NCBI GenBank assembly: GCA_964234715.1
Contig: OZ174278.1
Direction: 5' to 3' (one strand)
DNA length: 64,000 bases
DNA from: Podarcis melisellensis
Lineage: Eukaryota
The translations under genes were made by a program, and so were the position numbers. This document shows, one piece after another, positions 1 through 12,080 of the stretch (its first letter is position 1; every line of letters starts with the position of its first letter). The notes under the pieces are model-generated. The model worked only from the letters and a program-made list of their open reading frames with translations, searched no databases and was not told the DNA's origin.

Positions 1-215
1 AGGTTCCCGCCCCACCGCCCGGCATCGGGGCATCGTTCCGATGCCGGGCGGCGGGGGGAGAGGTTCCCGCCCCACCGCCCGGCATCGGGGCATCGTTCCG
101 ATGCCCGGCGGCGGGGTGCGAGGTTCCCGCCCCCCCGCCCCGCTTCGGAGCAGCGTTCCGAAGCGGGGCGGCTGGGGCAGGTGTTCCCGCCCCCCCCGCC
201 CCGCTTCGGAGCACC
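1..215. repeat. 60-bp GC-rich tandem repeat (~3.5 units), each unit internally palindromic
   Basis: Units start at 1, 61, 121 and 181 (aggttcccgccc...). Unit 1 contains CCGCCCGGCATCGG...CCGATGCCGGGCGG. Confidence 0.9.
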
Positions 216-344
216 GGGAGAAGCGATCTCCCCGCAGCCCCTTGCTTCAAAAGAGGTCCGGGGGCAGCGGGGAAGAAGTGCTGCGCTTCCCGCTGCCCCC
301 GGACCTCTTTTGAAGCAAGGGGCTGCGGGGAGATCGCTTCTCCC
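216..344. repeat. Perfect 56-bp inverted repeat with 17-nt spacer
   Basis: 216-271 is the exact reverse complement of 289-344. A second, shorter related hairpin follows at ~352-417. Confidence 0.95.
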
Positions 345-3300
345 CGCAAAGCCTTGCTTCAAAAGAGGTCCGGGGGCAGCGCTTCCCGCTGTCCCCGGAC
401 CTCTTTTGAAGCAAGGGGCGGTGGGGAGAAGCGATCTCGGGCGCCGCGGCGTGCAGGCGCACTGCTCGCTGCTCTTTCCGCACAGGCGCCTTCTCTCGCT
501 CTTCCCACGGCACACCAGGCAAGGTCTCACGGCACACCAGTGTGCCGCGGAACACCGGTTGGGAAACACTGCCTTACGGTATACACAAATCTTCATGCAC
601 ACAAACATTTTAGTCTATACGTGCATATTGCGGACTGCAACCTGGTAAGCTTAGTGCATCCAATTAAAAGGAGCTGCCTGCATGTATAAAATAGCTATCA
701 TAGCCAGAGCAAATATTTGATAGAAATCTGAAAGCTACATTTGTAGCCATCATGTGAAAAATAGGATTGTGCAGAACCACCACAACACAGGCAAAAATCC
801 AGTTTTATTTCAAAACCATGTTTCTCCCCCAGAGGAATGACATTTACTTAATACTATTTTTTTTCAAATACTTTCTTGGCAAAATAAGCACCCATTAGAA
901 ACCCATTCCAGAATAATTGCATTTTCTAGCTTGATAATGATGCACTTTCACAACGTCATGCATCACTTAAGCTGAATACAAAATAAAAGTGACTTAATGC
1001 AATGAATAGTGTTGCATACAAAGAAATCTGTGCCATTTGATTTCCCAGAAAAAGTAAAACACAAAGCACAATCAGGCTTAGATTTGATGCTCTTGAATCT
1101 TAAAAGAACTTAAGGTGGAACTATATATATTTGATGGATCCTTAATTATGTCTGTGCTGAATAGTGCTTACAGAAAGTAAGGCTGAACTGATTTCCCTCT
1201 TAGTTGTCCATGACATTACTTAAAACAAGACTGGGGAGAGCAGTAGAATATACTTACCGGTACCTCATAAATTCAACATTGCATGTCAAACATTGAGCAT
1301 ATAGGCAAGTAAAGTATTCCTTGTTATGAATAGGTTTCAGTGACAATAAAGCTCAGAAATACTAAAGAAGCTAGCCATAGTTAGGCATGGTCACCCACCT
1401 AATTGTAATCATATGTCCACAATATGTACCTGACAGACAGAGGGAGGGACGGAGGGAGGGAGGAGGAGGTTGTGAGAAGAGGAGAAATGATTAAATAGTA
1501 ACCAGAAATCTCTCTTCTCGTACTCTGGCCCACAGAAGAGCCTAGAAATTAGCATGCACATCCAGCTAGGAAGGGCTCTGCAACCCAGACATCATGGCAA
1601 GGAGGAATGGCCCCATGGTGTGGAATAGACAAATCTTATATTCTGTTTGTCTGTCTCTCCAGTGCAGCATATTGGTTTGTTCCTGTGTGCTGTTCCTCTG
1701 GAAAAGGAACTGCTGCAGACTGGACCCAATCCACCCAATCAAACCACCAAGTAAGAGAGAGCGAGTTGAAAGAGGTGAAAGCTGCCCTTTCATTCAGGTC
1801 TTAAACCTATTTGCCCATGTTCAGGAAATAAGTCATTCTAGGTCACATATAACAGTATGGGGAACCTTCTTTCTCCCTAGTCTACCAGGGATTAGGCTGG
1901 TGTTGGTCTGGTGGAGCTACTTCAGAAAGAAGGATGTTAAAACCATACACAGAAACATATTGTTGTTTTACATTGTTTTTAATGCTGAATTTAAATTGTT
2001 GTAACCTTCCTTAGGACCTTAGTTAATTCATTATAGAGATAGAGGAATCTATGCCTGCATTCTAAGTGAGAAAATGTAGGAAGAGGGGGAAATGTGCACG
2101 AGTGTGCCAGTTCTTCCACCTACCTTGCCACACTTAATGTGTTTCATGGTGACTGTCTGCAGGGTTTCAAACCTCAAATTGTAAACATATTTATCAGCTA
2201 CAAAAGATTTTTATTCTCAGGTTAATGTGAAAGCCAAAGGACATGATAAACTTTTAGGCTTCTTTCTGTTGGTGGTGCAGTCTACTGACCTGCCGGAGAG
2301 AGATTAGTAGGTCATTGTAAACTTGTGGGGGTGGTTGGCATAGGTCTGGTTTTGAACATTGTTTATCACATGTCAGGTAGGCTAGAGTCACTGAGTGACT
2401 CTTTATGATGATTAAGAAGGTGAACCCAGGTTTCCCCAGCCAAAGGAAACTGTTTCCCCAGCTAACATAACAATCATTACAGCACCTTTTGTCAGTTCAC
2501 AATTCTGTCAGATGATCCTAATAAAATGGTATTATGCTATGCATTATGCTCTTTCGGATAGGTAAGGTAGGGTAGGGGGAGAGGGAGATAGAGGTGGATT
2601 CTCATTGAGAGTGTGATATGATTTTTCTTTGGTGATATTATGGGGCTGTCATGGTGAGCTCCTTAACATCAGAATTTACCACTGCACCCAGTACCTTCTG
2701 TACAAAAATGTAGTCCATCTTGGACATATATATCTAAAGGAAATTAATATCAGCTGGGATGTTCTGGTGCTAAATGCATAATTGCTGAAGGGCGTTGTGT
2801 TTATAATTTTTTGAAAATCAATACAAAAATTGTATTTAGAAAAACCAACTAACTTAGGTCTGCACAATTTCTGACCATCATACTCAAATGCAGTTCACTA
2901 GTCACATACCCCGACAACCACTAGATAGACCAGGCAGGAAGGAAAAGAACAAGAGGTCTTTCAAGCCCCTGGTGGCATTGGCCACACATGTCTTCTCAAA
3001 TGAGTTTGATTTGGTTGATCAATGCTGAGCAAAGTAGAATGCGTATGTGTGTGTAGCATAAGAATAGGGCAAGGTTGTTTATTGAATCAGCTCTGATTTA
3101 GAATGTGTTTCAGGGTTTCGAACTGCATATTAACTATTCATGAGCCACAGTTGTTAAAAAGCAACAAGAATAAAATGGATTCTCTGCTATCATTTAATAT
3201 TTGTGATGCTTCATAAGACTATGAGATTATGTATTAGTAATCAATCATAATTAATCTTCCACATCCCTCTCTCCCTCCACAAAAACATACAAATATATTT

Positions 3301-3754
3301 TCAGCAGCAGTATTAATTAAGCGATATTTCTTTCCCTATCACCAGCTTTCAAATCAATTAATTCAGAACTGCTTCATTCATTCTTCTATCAGTAGTTCAT
3401 CCTGCTAAAATTATTAACAGAGTCCATATTCATTCTACTCCTCCCCACATTAAAGAGACACCCCCCCGGCAATATTATTACAATCTCAAGTGTTAAGAAA
3501 GCAAACAGATGATCTGCTGTAATATGAATGTCTAACAAACAGATAAGAAACCATGTAAAATGACGACAACATATTACATAAGGCCAGACTTCATTTTACC
3601 TAAGACACATGTGCCAATGAAGTCAAACAGTATGTGGTATCAGAAATTAAGTTCTTTAGTTTTGAGAACTGTGTGGAAGAAGAGCAGGTGGCTACAAAGT
3701 TGAGGCAATGCAAATTAGACTCCTTACTCACTGGGGGGGGGGGGCTTTCACTAT

Positions 3755-3870
3755 ACCACAGATGCTGTTGAACAATTGCTTACATCATCGCTGACCATTG
3801 TCCATGCTGGCTGGACCTGATGACAGTTACACTCAAACAGCATCTGGAGGGCCACAGGTTCCCAATCTCT
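3755..3870. mobile_element. Degenerate palindromic hAT-type MITE
   Basis: cagatgctgttg...cagcatctggagggccacaggttccca; same layout as the copies at 12565 and 55170. Confidence 0.6.
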
Positions 3871-3959
3871 GGATTATGCTGATGATTTTCACACTCTTTA
3901 CAGCTTCAATGGCAAGTTTGGGGAATATTTTGGAGCATGTAGGAAATGTAATCATTTAA

Positions 3960-4810
3960 TGTGGTAGCCAAAATCCTTGCAAGTGAAAGAACGGAGAAAC
4001 CCCAACTAAATCCACAGCTTCGGGATTAACATTTTTGTAGGTTGCGTCGAGGTCCCCAGGGCCACCCCAATAACTCACACCAATATTTTTGTTTAAGGTT
4101 TTTGGCATAATTTTGGTAATAACATTATTAAAATACAAACAAGTGAGTGGTTGCTTAGGCATTGATTGTGACTATCTGCTCCCACCGTGGGGGACAGAAT
4201 GACATTCCACACGCCTGCGAAAGTCAGAATACACCTGGGGCTAGCTACAGAGCAGGGAACCTGCCCTCATCCCACCCCAAATGCAGCCAGGAGGCCTTGC
4301 AGTGGCCCGAGCCCCCTTGACAGGGTGTACAAGCAATAGTTAGCCCCCGAATCCTTTAACGGAATCCCTTGCAGCAGCAGCATTACAGGGGCAGGCACAG
4401 CCAAGCCATGTCCCTCAACCAACCAAACCATAAACCAATGCCTAACCGCAACCTTACAAGTTGTGACAATTTGCTACACAGTAGGCAAAAACCAAATGGC
4501 CCCAGCCAATCAGCCAGATGGACAAAATTCCTACCGGGCCCCTGCCCCAAGAGCAGGCGACCCCATGACAGGCATAGCAAGGTCAAAGCAAACTACCCTA
4601 ATTCTAGGGAGGGGGGACGGGCAATCCGATTCACGGCCGAAAAGAGGAAGCCCTAGCCTCGTGCAAGGAGTTTTAGCCTTACTGGCTGTCAATCAATCAA
4701 ATGGCAACATTAACTTCTTCCCAACAACAAGGGAAGCCCAATCGCATCAGTGGCCCAACGGTCAATTAGCCTGCCCCCAGCTTTGGAGTGTCCTGGCGGC
4801 CCCCACTGCA
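3960..4810 (-). mobile_element. Probable solo LTR (Gypsy/ERV-like)
   Basis: ~850-bp block richer in GC and CpG, bounded by TG(TGGT)...(ACTG)CA. It shares exact boxes with the 12081-13134 element and has no retroviral ORF. No TSD identified. Confidence 0.55.
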
Positions 4811-5094
4811 ACTCATGCTCTCCATGAAGGAGAACACGCTTTACCCAAAAAATGGCATAGCAGTTTCATCATGAGGAGTTGGTTGGAGTATTAATTTAAA
4901 GCTGTTCCAGGGACTCTATTTCAAATCATAGCAGTAATACTGGGGAAGGGAGTGTTTAACCCTTTCTCAGTGTGCCATATTCCAGGTCTGAAACACACCC
5001 TACTTGCAATAATATACAAGTGTGGTACAGGCACCAATATTATCCCCATAAATATGCTAATAGCAACATTTAGGAGGGGGTGACCTCACATAGG

Positions 5095-5215
5095 GCACAA
5101 TTGGTGAACCTGTGATGTTGTTAGACTCTTCCTCCTATCAGCCCCAGACATGATAGCCAATGATTAGGGAGGGATGCAAATTGTACTGCAGCAACAAATG
5201 GTGAACCACAAACAG
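5095..5215. mobile_element. Degenerate palindromic hAT-type MITE
   Basis: ggtgaacctgtgatgttgttagactc...tcagcccc...gccaatgattaggga...ttgtactgcagcaaca; same family layout. Confidence 0.45.
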
Positions 5216-5924
5216 AGGCAAATGTGCTTCAAAGGTTGGGAAATTGTATGCCACAGAATACAAAGAAGGGATGTGTTCATGGTGAGTTAAATTTCACATA
5301 TCAACTTTAGCTAACTTTGGCTGCAGATATCTAGATTTAAACACAATTAGGGATAATGAAACCTTAAAGTGCTGTTGGCATCCATTCTGATCATATATCT
5401 AGCTTGTCTCTTTCTTGTAATGAGTTGGAAGAAAAGTTATGTCTATGTCCCATTAAGAGCAGACAGGGGGATATGTCTTTCCTAGGATTTGGCTGACTTC
5501 CAAGTAGTTTCTATTCTCTTAAAAGTGAAGAATGAAAAGGATGCAGATTTGGTATGAATAAGTGTGAGATTTTAGGACCAAAAGGCTGTGTACACATTAC
5601 TGGCTTAAAATGCAGCTAGGCCATTCCTTTTTTGTCAGTTTGGATGGAATCTGGTTTTAGGGAAAACACATTAAAATGCAGCATTTCATAAGGAACAATG
5701 GGTAGCAAGATATAGGATAGACACAAGAGAGGTATGCATTATGGATAATGTCCTGTGTACACTGCTCCCAAAATCAGCAGTGGGAGCACTCTGAGTAAAT
5801 GGGAGTGTGGAAAATGCTAAATGGCTCAGTGGTTCATTTAGTTCACGATGCCACACAGGGTGACAGGAGTTATGTGTAGCCTGAAGAAAATAGGATATTT
5901 TAACATTTAAAGATGATAGAACAC

Positions 5925-6203
5925 ATTTATTTTCTGTCACTCCAGAAGCTATGACCCAAACCAATAGGTTCAAAGTATAAGAAAGGGAATTTTGACCCAA
6001 CATTACAAAGAATTTCATGGTGGTGTGAAGTGTCTGGCCACAAAACAGACTTCCTTAGAAGGTGGTGAACTCTCCCTTGGCATAGCTTTTTAAGCAGAGA
6101 CTGAATGGTTACCTAGAATGGGTGCTGTAACAGCAGATTTCCTGCACTGGTAGAGGAAATGGACAAGGTGCTCTTTGAGGTACAATTCAACTCTGTTGTT
6201 ATA
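5925..6203 (+). mobile_element. CR1 LINE 3' fragment
   Basis: Decayed CR1 ORF2 end (ggttcaaagtataagaaaggg...aacattacaaagaatttc...ggtggtgaactctcccttgg...ttttaagcagagactg) and 3' tail (ctttgaggtacaattcaactct). Confidence 0.7.
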
Positions 6204-8302
6204 AGTACACCCCCAGCTAAGGCATGTATCTCCCAGATGCCTACCAAATGTTCACATAAAAGCCTCAGAAGAAAGGGGGTGGACTGCTGAGCCACTGTTC
6301 AGCTATTCTTACTCTTAGAAATGCTCTCCTAAGAGAAGGTTGTTAATGTTTAGCTAAATATTCCATATAGCTTTAAACAACCATTTCTTAAGCTAGCAGG
6401 CTGTCATCAAATTATAAGAACTCATGGTCAAAGCTCATTAAAGTAAACAAGCCCCTGGTGACATCTACCAGAGGAAATATTTTCAACAGTACACCTATTC
6501 CCAAACAGGAACAAAAGGAGCTGCCACATTGACATGATCATTACTTACATGCTAGAGGGTTATTCTGCGTTTGTTTTGTTTTCAATAGCCAAATCAGCTT
6601 TCCTAGATTCCTATAGCCAGCTCTGGCTTATTCAGTGCTTTCTTTTACAATATGCACAATACTTAAAACATAACGAGTGACTGGGGAAGCATAGTAGAGT
6701 GCAGATGTTGGGAGAAGTTGGCTTTCCCATCTTAGTCAGAGTGTCTTTATATATTCACTTTTAAGGCCAAGCAACATGAATATAGTGACTAGCAATGAAG
6801 GCAAGGGCTTACAGAGAGTACAGAGACGGATTCTGATGAAGCTGTAATTTAATTGAATCTGGGAGCTTCCCAGAGGTGAATTAGACAAAAGCAAAACTGT
6901 TTTGATACCAACTCCAGAAGGCCTCCTGAGCTGTGTCCCATGGGATGACTATAAGATTGTATGGTGCTTGGCAAGGTGGGGCAGAGCACTTGGAAGCTTT
7001 TGCATACTTATAGGTGTCCAGAACTTGAACAAAACAACAGATAAAATCCAAAGGCTTGTGTGAGAGTCTAAAGTACATCGAAACACAAGGTGCTTTTCTA
7101 AAATAAGGAAAGTCAAAACAACAATAGTGTTTCAACTCAACTGAAATTAGTTGTCAGTCAGAAGCATGCTACATGAGAAGGAAAGATTAATACTTAAGGA
7201 TAATATGCTACTAATATTTGAAAGAGTAAGAAACATAGACAAAACTAATAAACCCAAGGGAACATATTAAATCAAGAATAGATTTACAGTATAGGGTCAT
7301 TTTCCTATAGATGTTGGTGTGAGAACACTGCAAGGTTCTATATGTAATGTTTTCTTAGATATACAGACTGAGAAAGTTGCAAGCAAGCAGGCACAGGGAT
7401 AGTGCCAGTTTCAAAACAGCGTTTGACACAAGACAAATGCAACAACCGTGAAGCAAATACATTGCAAAAAAATTAAATGTTTGCTTTATTTTTATATTTT
7501 TTATATCCTTGTACGCACATCATGTTATGCCTTTTTAGGCAGCAGGTTGTGATGAATTCTAAGAGATTCAAATAGACCAAGTCTTACCAAGACTCTACAC
7601 TTCACTATCTTGTTTATTTAAACAATTTATATGCCACTTAACCTACAATTGACTTTAAGTGGTGCAAAATTAACAAAACATAAAAAACAGTTATAACTAT
7701 AAAATCAAGCTTTCATTAAAATGTCAGCTGCAATAAAAGTATTTAGTAGAACTAGAGCTTCAACAAGAATCAGGTTAGTCTGAAACTAATTTACTCAAAG
7801 CCACCCAAAACACTTCTTAACTGAACATGAATTTCAACCAAGTCCAGTAGACATCACTGCATCCAAAGGAATCAAATGTTGTTTTAGAGTGTAGCAGTAT
7901 ATTGAAAAGAGATTGCATGCCTTATCCTGCCTACTTTATCAAACACTCTTCTGTCAGATGAATTCCACAATACAGCACTTCTAAAATTGTGTTTCTCATT
8001 TAAAGTGCAATATAGATTCTTATGTCATTAAATGAGACAGGCAACCAGAGATGGGAAGGTACTGCAAAGACAAAGTATCTTTTTTTTAAAAAAGAAGAGA
8101 ACATTTCTCCAAGAGATTTGATGAAGAAAATGTATGACAGACTCATAGATCTTTCTTATTTTTCAGCGAGCTTCAGAAGTGTGGGATTTACATTGCAAAA
8201 TTTAACTTTGCCTAAATAAATTCAATATTGGTACTTTCAAAATACTCCCTGATTCCAAAACAACAACCCTGTGACACGTTGAAGACAAAGAGGTTTAATG
8301 CA

Positions 8303-8986
8303 TTGTTTAGTCATTTAGTCGTGTCCGACTCTTCATGACCCCATAGACCAGAGCATGCCAGGAACTCCTGTCTTCCACTGCCTCCCACAGTTTGGTCAAA
8401 CTCATATTGGTAGCTTCGAGAACACTGTCCAACCATCTCATCCTCTGTCATCCCCTTCTCCTTGTGCCCTCAATCCTTCCCAACATCAGGGTCTTTTCCA
8501 GGGAGTCTTCTCTTCTCATGAGGTGGCCAAACTATTGGAGCCTCAGCTTCAGGATCTGTCCTTCCAGTGAGCACTCAGGGCTGATTTCCTTCAGAATGGA
8601 TAGGTTTGATCTTCTTGCAGTCCACGGGACTCTCAAGAGTCTCCTCCAGCACCATAATTCAAAAGCATCAATTATTCGGTGATCAGCCTTCTTTAGGGTC
8701 CAGCTCTCACTTCCATACATCACTACTGTACTGGGAAAACCATAGCTTTAACTATATGGACCTTTGTCGGCAAGGTGATGTCTCTGCTTTTTAAGATGCT
8801 GTCTAGGTTTGTCACTGCTTTTCTCCCAAGAAGCAGGTGTCTTTTAATTTCGTGACTGCTGTCACCATCTGCAGTGATCATGGAACCCAAGAAAGTAAAA
8901 TCTCTCACTGCCTCCATTTCTTCCCCTTCTATTTGCCAGGAGGTGATGGGACCAGTGGCCATTATCTTAGTTTTTTTATGTTGAGC
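8303..8986 (-). mobile_element. BovB (RTE clade) LINE, 5'-truncated 3' fragment
   Basis: Translates to MATGPITSWQIEGEEMEAVRDFTFLGSMITADGDSSHEIKRHLLLGRKAVTNLDSILKSRDITLPTKV and MYGSESWTLKKADHRIIDAFELWCWRRLLRVPWTARRSN, the BovB ORF C-terminus. The 3' tail GAGTCGGACACGACTAAATGACTAAACAA is present. Confidence 0.95.
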
Positions 8987-11119
8987 ATACAGTTATTTAA
9001 TTGCCAACTTATTTGCCTTCAATACCATTAATACCGAAATAACAATTTAAGAATAAAAGAAATCTCCAAATAAGTTCCATTTAGGCCTCATTAACTTGGC
9101 TCAGGAGGCAAAACAAGAATGCCAAGCTTTGGCTTTAGCTGTTCCAGGGAAAACAAACTAGTGTATTTGTACTGGCTTAATCCTGGAAGAATATTTGTTT
9201 GCTTCATTGGGTGCTAAATAATCAAGAATTAAAGGTTTAAATCCTAAAAAGGGATTTTAAGAAATTGCCTTCTTTTTCAAATTTACCCATAGGAAGCTAG
9301 TCTTATGGGAGATTTATTTAATGATTTCTGTTGGCTACAGAAAACTAAGCTGACTTTTAGTTCATACCATGTACTCTGAATATTCTATTACAGTCCACTT
9401 GTGTTACAGAGTCTTATGTCAACTGTTACAAAAGTAAGCTAATCAGGTATAAGATATAAGATTCTTTGCCTACAAGGTTCAAAAGAAATGCCCACAACAA
9501 AATCATATATAAAAATTAATGTGAGAAAGCTCTGCAAAATAACATAGTTAAATGTAGAGGGACCAATACTAATTCAGACCAGTTCTGTGTGCTGCTGTTA
9601 GGGCAGTTCTCCCACAGACCAGCCCATGAGATGCATGAATGCATAGGTGTTGGGTTTTTGTATCAATCCCTGAATACTTTCAGTAGTGACAAAACTTTAT
9701 TTAAAGATCTCTCACAAAATAAAAGGAAACCATTGGAAAGGCAGTTAATATACAACCTTTATCTATTGCAATTACCTTCTTTACCAAAAAGCTCAAGAAG
9801 GAAAAGACAGAGAAAGGGCATTGTGAAGTGGGGAAACTGTGACAAATACTCTTAAAAATAAACAATCCCACTTTTTTTTTAGATAAAAGAAAAGCAAACT
9901 TGTACCCCTACCAAAAAAAAAGTTTAACAGAAATGGTTCACTATCATAAAAAGAAGTTAGAACCAAAAATTGGACTTGACACATGTCTCATTTGGCCACT
10001 GGTTTCTTAGGCTTCAATCCTAATGTATAAAACCTGAAGGTAGCTTCACCACCATATCCTATGCCCTGCAGGGCTTATGCCAGTGGAAGAGAAGCAAAGA
10101 TGGAGCAATGCTATTCTGTTGTTCTGTCCTTTTTCCTTAGTCTGCTTTCCTGCTTTTAATGACAATCAATATGAGGAAAATTCACCCTGCCCTCTGCAGG
10201 TCTGGTGTAGATTCACCCCTGCTTTGGGCACAGCAGAAAACTGGGAATGTGACGGCTCCCAATCTGCTTATAGAGCTGCTGTTCAAACGTTCCAGCCCAA
10301 TGTTCCAGATGTAGCTTTGCTATAAGTAGGGAAAAGGCAGCAGAGGTTTTCTGCAGCAGGGTGAAAGCATTCAATGTTAAATCCCTAAAGTCAAACTGTT
10401 ATGCTCTTTCTGGTACACTTTCCCAGGAACCAACGGATTGCAGAGTCTATCTGGATTCATCCCATTAAGTGCAGGGGATAAATCTTTTTATAACATTATG
10501 ATTTTTTTATATAAAAAACCACAACATTGCTATGACAGTGTAACAACAATAGGAGCATAAACACTCTGTTGACTTACCTATTTTAAGCATATCAGAATAT
10601 ATCCCGATGCAGAAGGTATGTTTTGTTTCATTAGGGAGAGTAAATCCAGGTGATGTGGTTGTATTCAAAAGGAGAAGGAGCAAGAAAAAGACAGAAGAAA
10701 ATCAGTTAGTTTAGATTTTCATGTAGGTTGTTTGAATTTAATGCATGCAACATATTTTGCAGCACAATTATGCTTCATTTGTACTAATAGTTTAGCTTTG
10801 TCTTACTATTCCTTGGAAAATAATAAAAGTAACATTATCAGTAACAATACTGAATTTAATTACTTAACAGTGCTCAGTCTTCTGGAGAAGGATTACTCAA
10901 GAAAAACAAAGCCTTTTAACACCAGGTACATACATAAGCAGAGAGTGGAATAGGAGATTGCATCATTGACACAGACACTCATGAATAAACACACAATATA
11001 ACACAATTGTGTGGTGGTACAAAATATTCAGACTTGCACATACACAAACACCATGTTATAGGGCATGCCAAGACCATGAGGCACAATCATGACCCCCATT
11101 CACACTTATACAATAAGAC

Positions 11120-11194
11120 CAGTCTTTACCAATCTGATGCACTAGTTGGGGATGTAGTACAAACCATGTGAAGGCACCAGGTTGGCCAAGACTG
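11120..11194. mobile_element. Internally deleted hAT MITE
   Basis: TIR-like ends CAGTCTTTACCAATCTG / CAGGTTGGCCAAGACTG, flanked by AATAAGAC / AATTAGAA (degenerate 8-bp TSD). Confidence 0.55.
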
Positions 11195-12080
11195 AATTAG
11201 AACATCAGCATGGGGTTTAAAGTACTGTGCACAACCACTCTTAGAATAAATATTAGCTCCTTCTCATTCCATTCCTTCCTTCTCTTTGGGTATCAGCTGC
11301 CTTTTATATAAAGAGCTTCCTTGGTTACAATGGGGCAACCTACATAAACAAGGCTTTGTCAGTAGATTCCTTGTTTCCTTTTTTGTCTAAAAAGTGTTAT
11401 ACAGCAAAATCAAACACAACATAGAGAGCACAATAAAACTGCAGCTTGTGTTTGGGTTTCATCCAGATATCTAATCTGCTGACACCAAATGCTCCATCTT
11501 CATGAATACGCAAAGGTGCATTCTTCTATTGGTAATCAATATTCCATCCTTGTTTGCAAACGTTCATTTAGTGGCAGTAAAACACTAAACAATGCCAGAA
11601 AACAGTATACATATTTTAGCATATTTTCAATGAAAGATTCTCAAAGTATAAAAACCAACTTCTGTTTAGAAATACAGTGCACTACAAACATCATGGCCAC
11701 CAATTAAGAGACAGGAAATGATGCAATTGGGCCATGGCAGCCTAGACATTCAACAAGGGTGCTGAGTAAGTAAGGAGGCAAAAGGTGAGAAATTGAACAA
11801 ATGGCAAGCAGGTTGTGCCTACTTCACTTTGTACATGTTTCAGGTTATGGAGTTGCACTGTTCTACAACAGACTTCCCATGATAAGAATAAGGTTGTTGG
11901 AGTCAGTTGTCTCTTTCTATTTTGTGTTATGCCACACCCATTCCATGGCAGCCAATATGTGACTTACAATTCAGAAAGCTCTCGAAATTTTAAATGTGCC
12001 CATTAGTCCAAAAAGTTTAGCAAGTCCTGCCATAAGCCAATGGTCAAGTAATCAAAGAAGAGCTCAGGAAACAAGTAGAG

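Larger units (their letters stand above)
1..571. mobile_element. Non-autonomous hAT DNA transposon (one end; truncated by the window edge) with GC-rich internal repeats
   Basis: Ends in GGTTGGGAAACACTG (reverse complement CAGTGTTTCCCAACC, a hAT/Charlie-type TIR), with GGCACACC/GTGTGCCG subterminal repeats. GC content drops sharply after 571. Confidence 0.8.

Noticed and set aside
41-689. Overlapping 90-155 aa ORFs at the window start
   Set aside because: Products of the GC-rich repeat interior of a hAT element; low-complexity translations.
9776-10700. Minus-strand segments with splice-like borders and protein-like translations (YLSQFPHFTMPFLCLFLLELFGKE; LLLLLLNTTTSPGFTLPNETK)
   Set aside because: No start codon or recognisable homology; the hydrophobicity reflects T-rich sequence.
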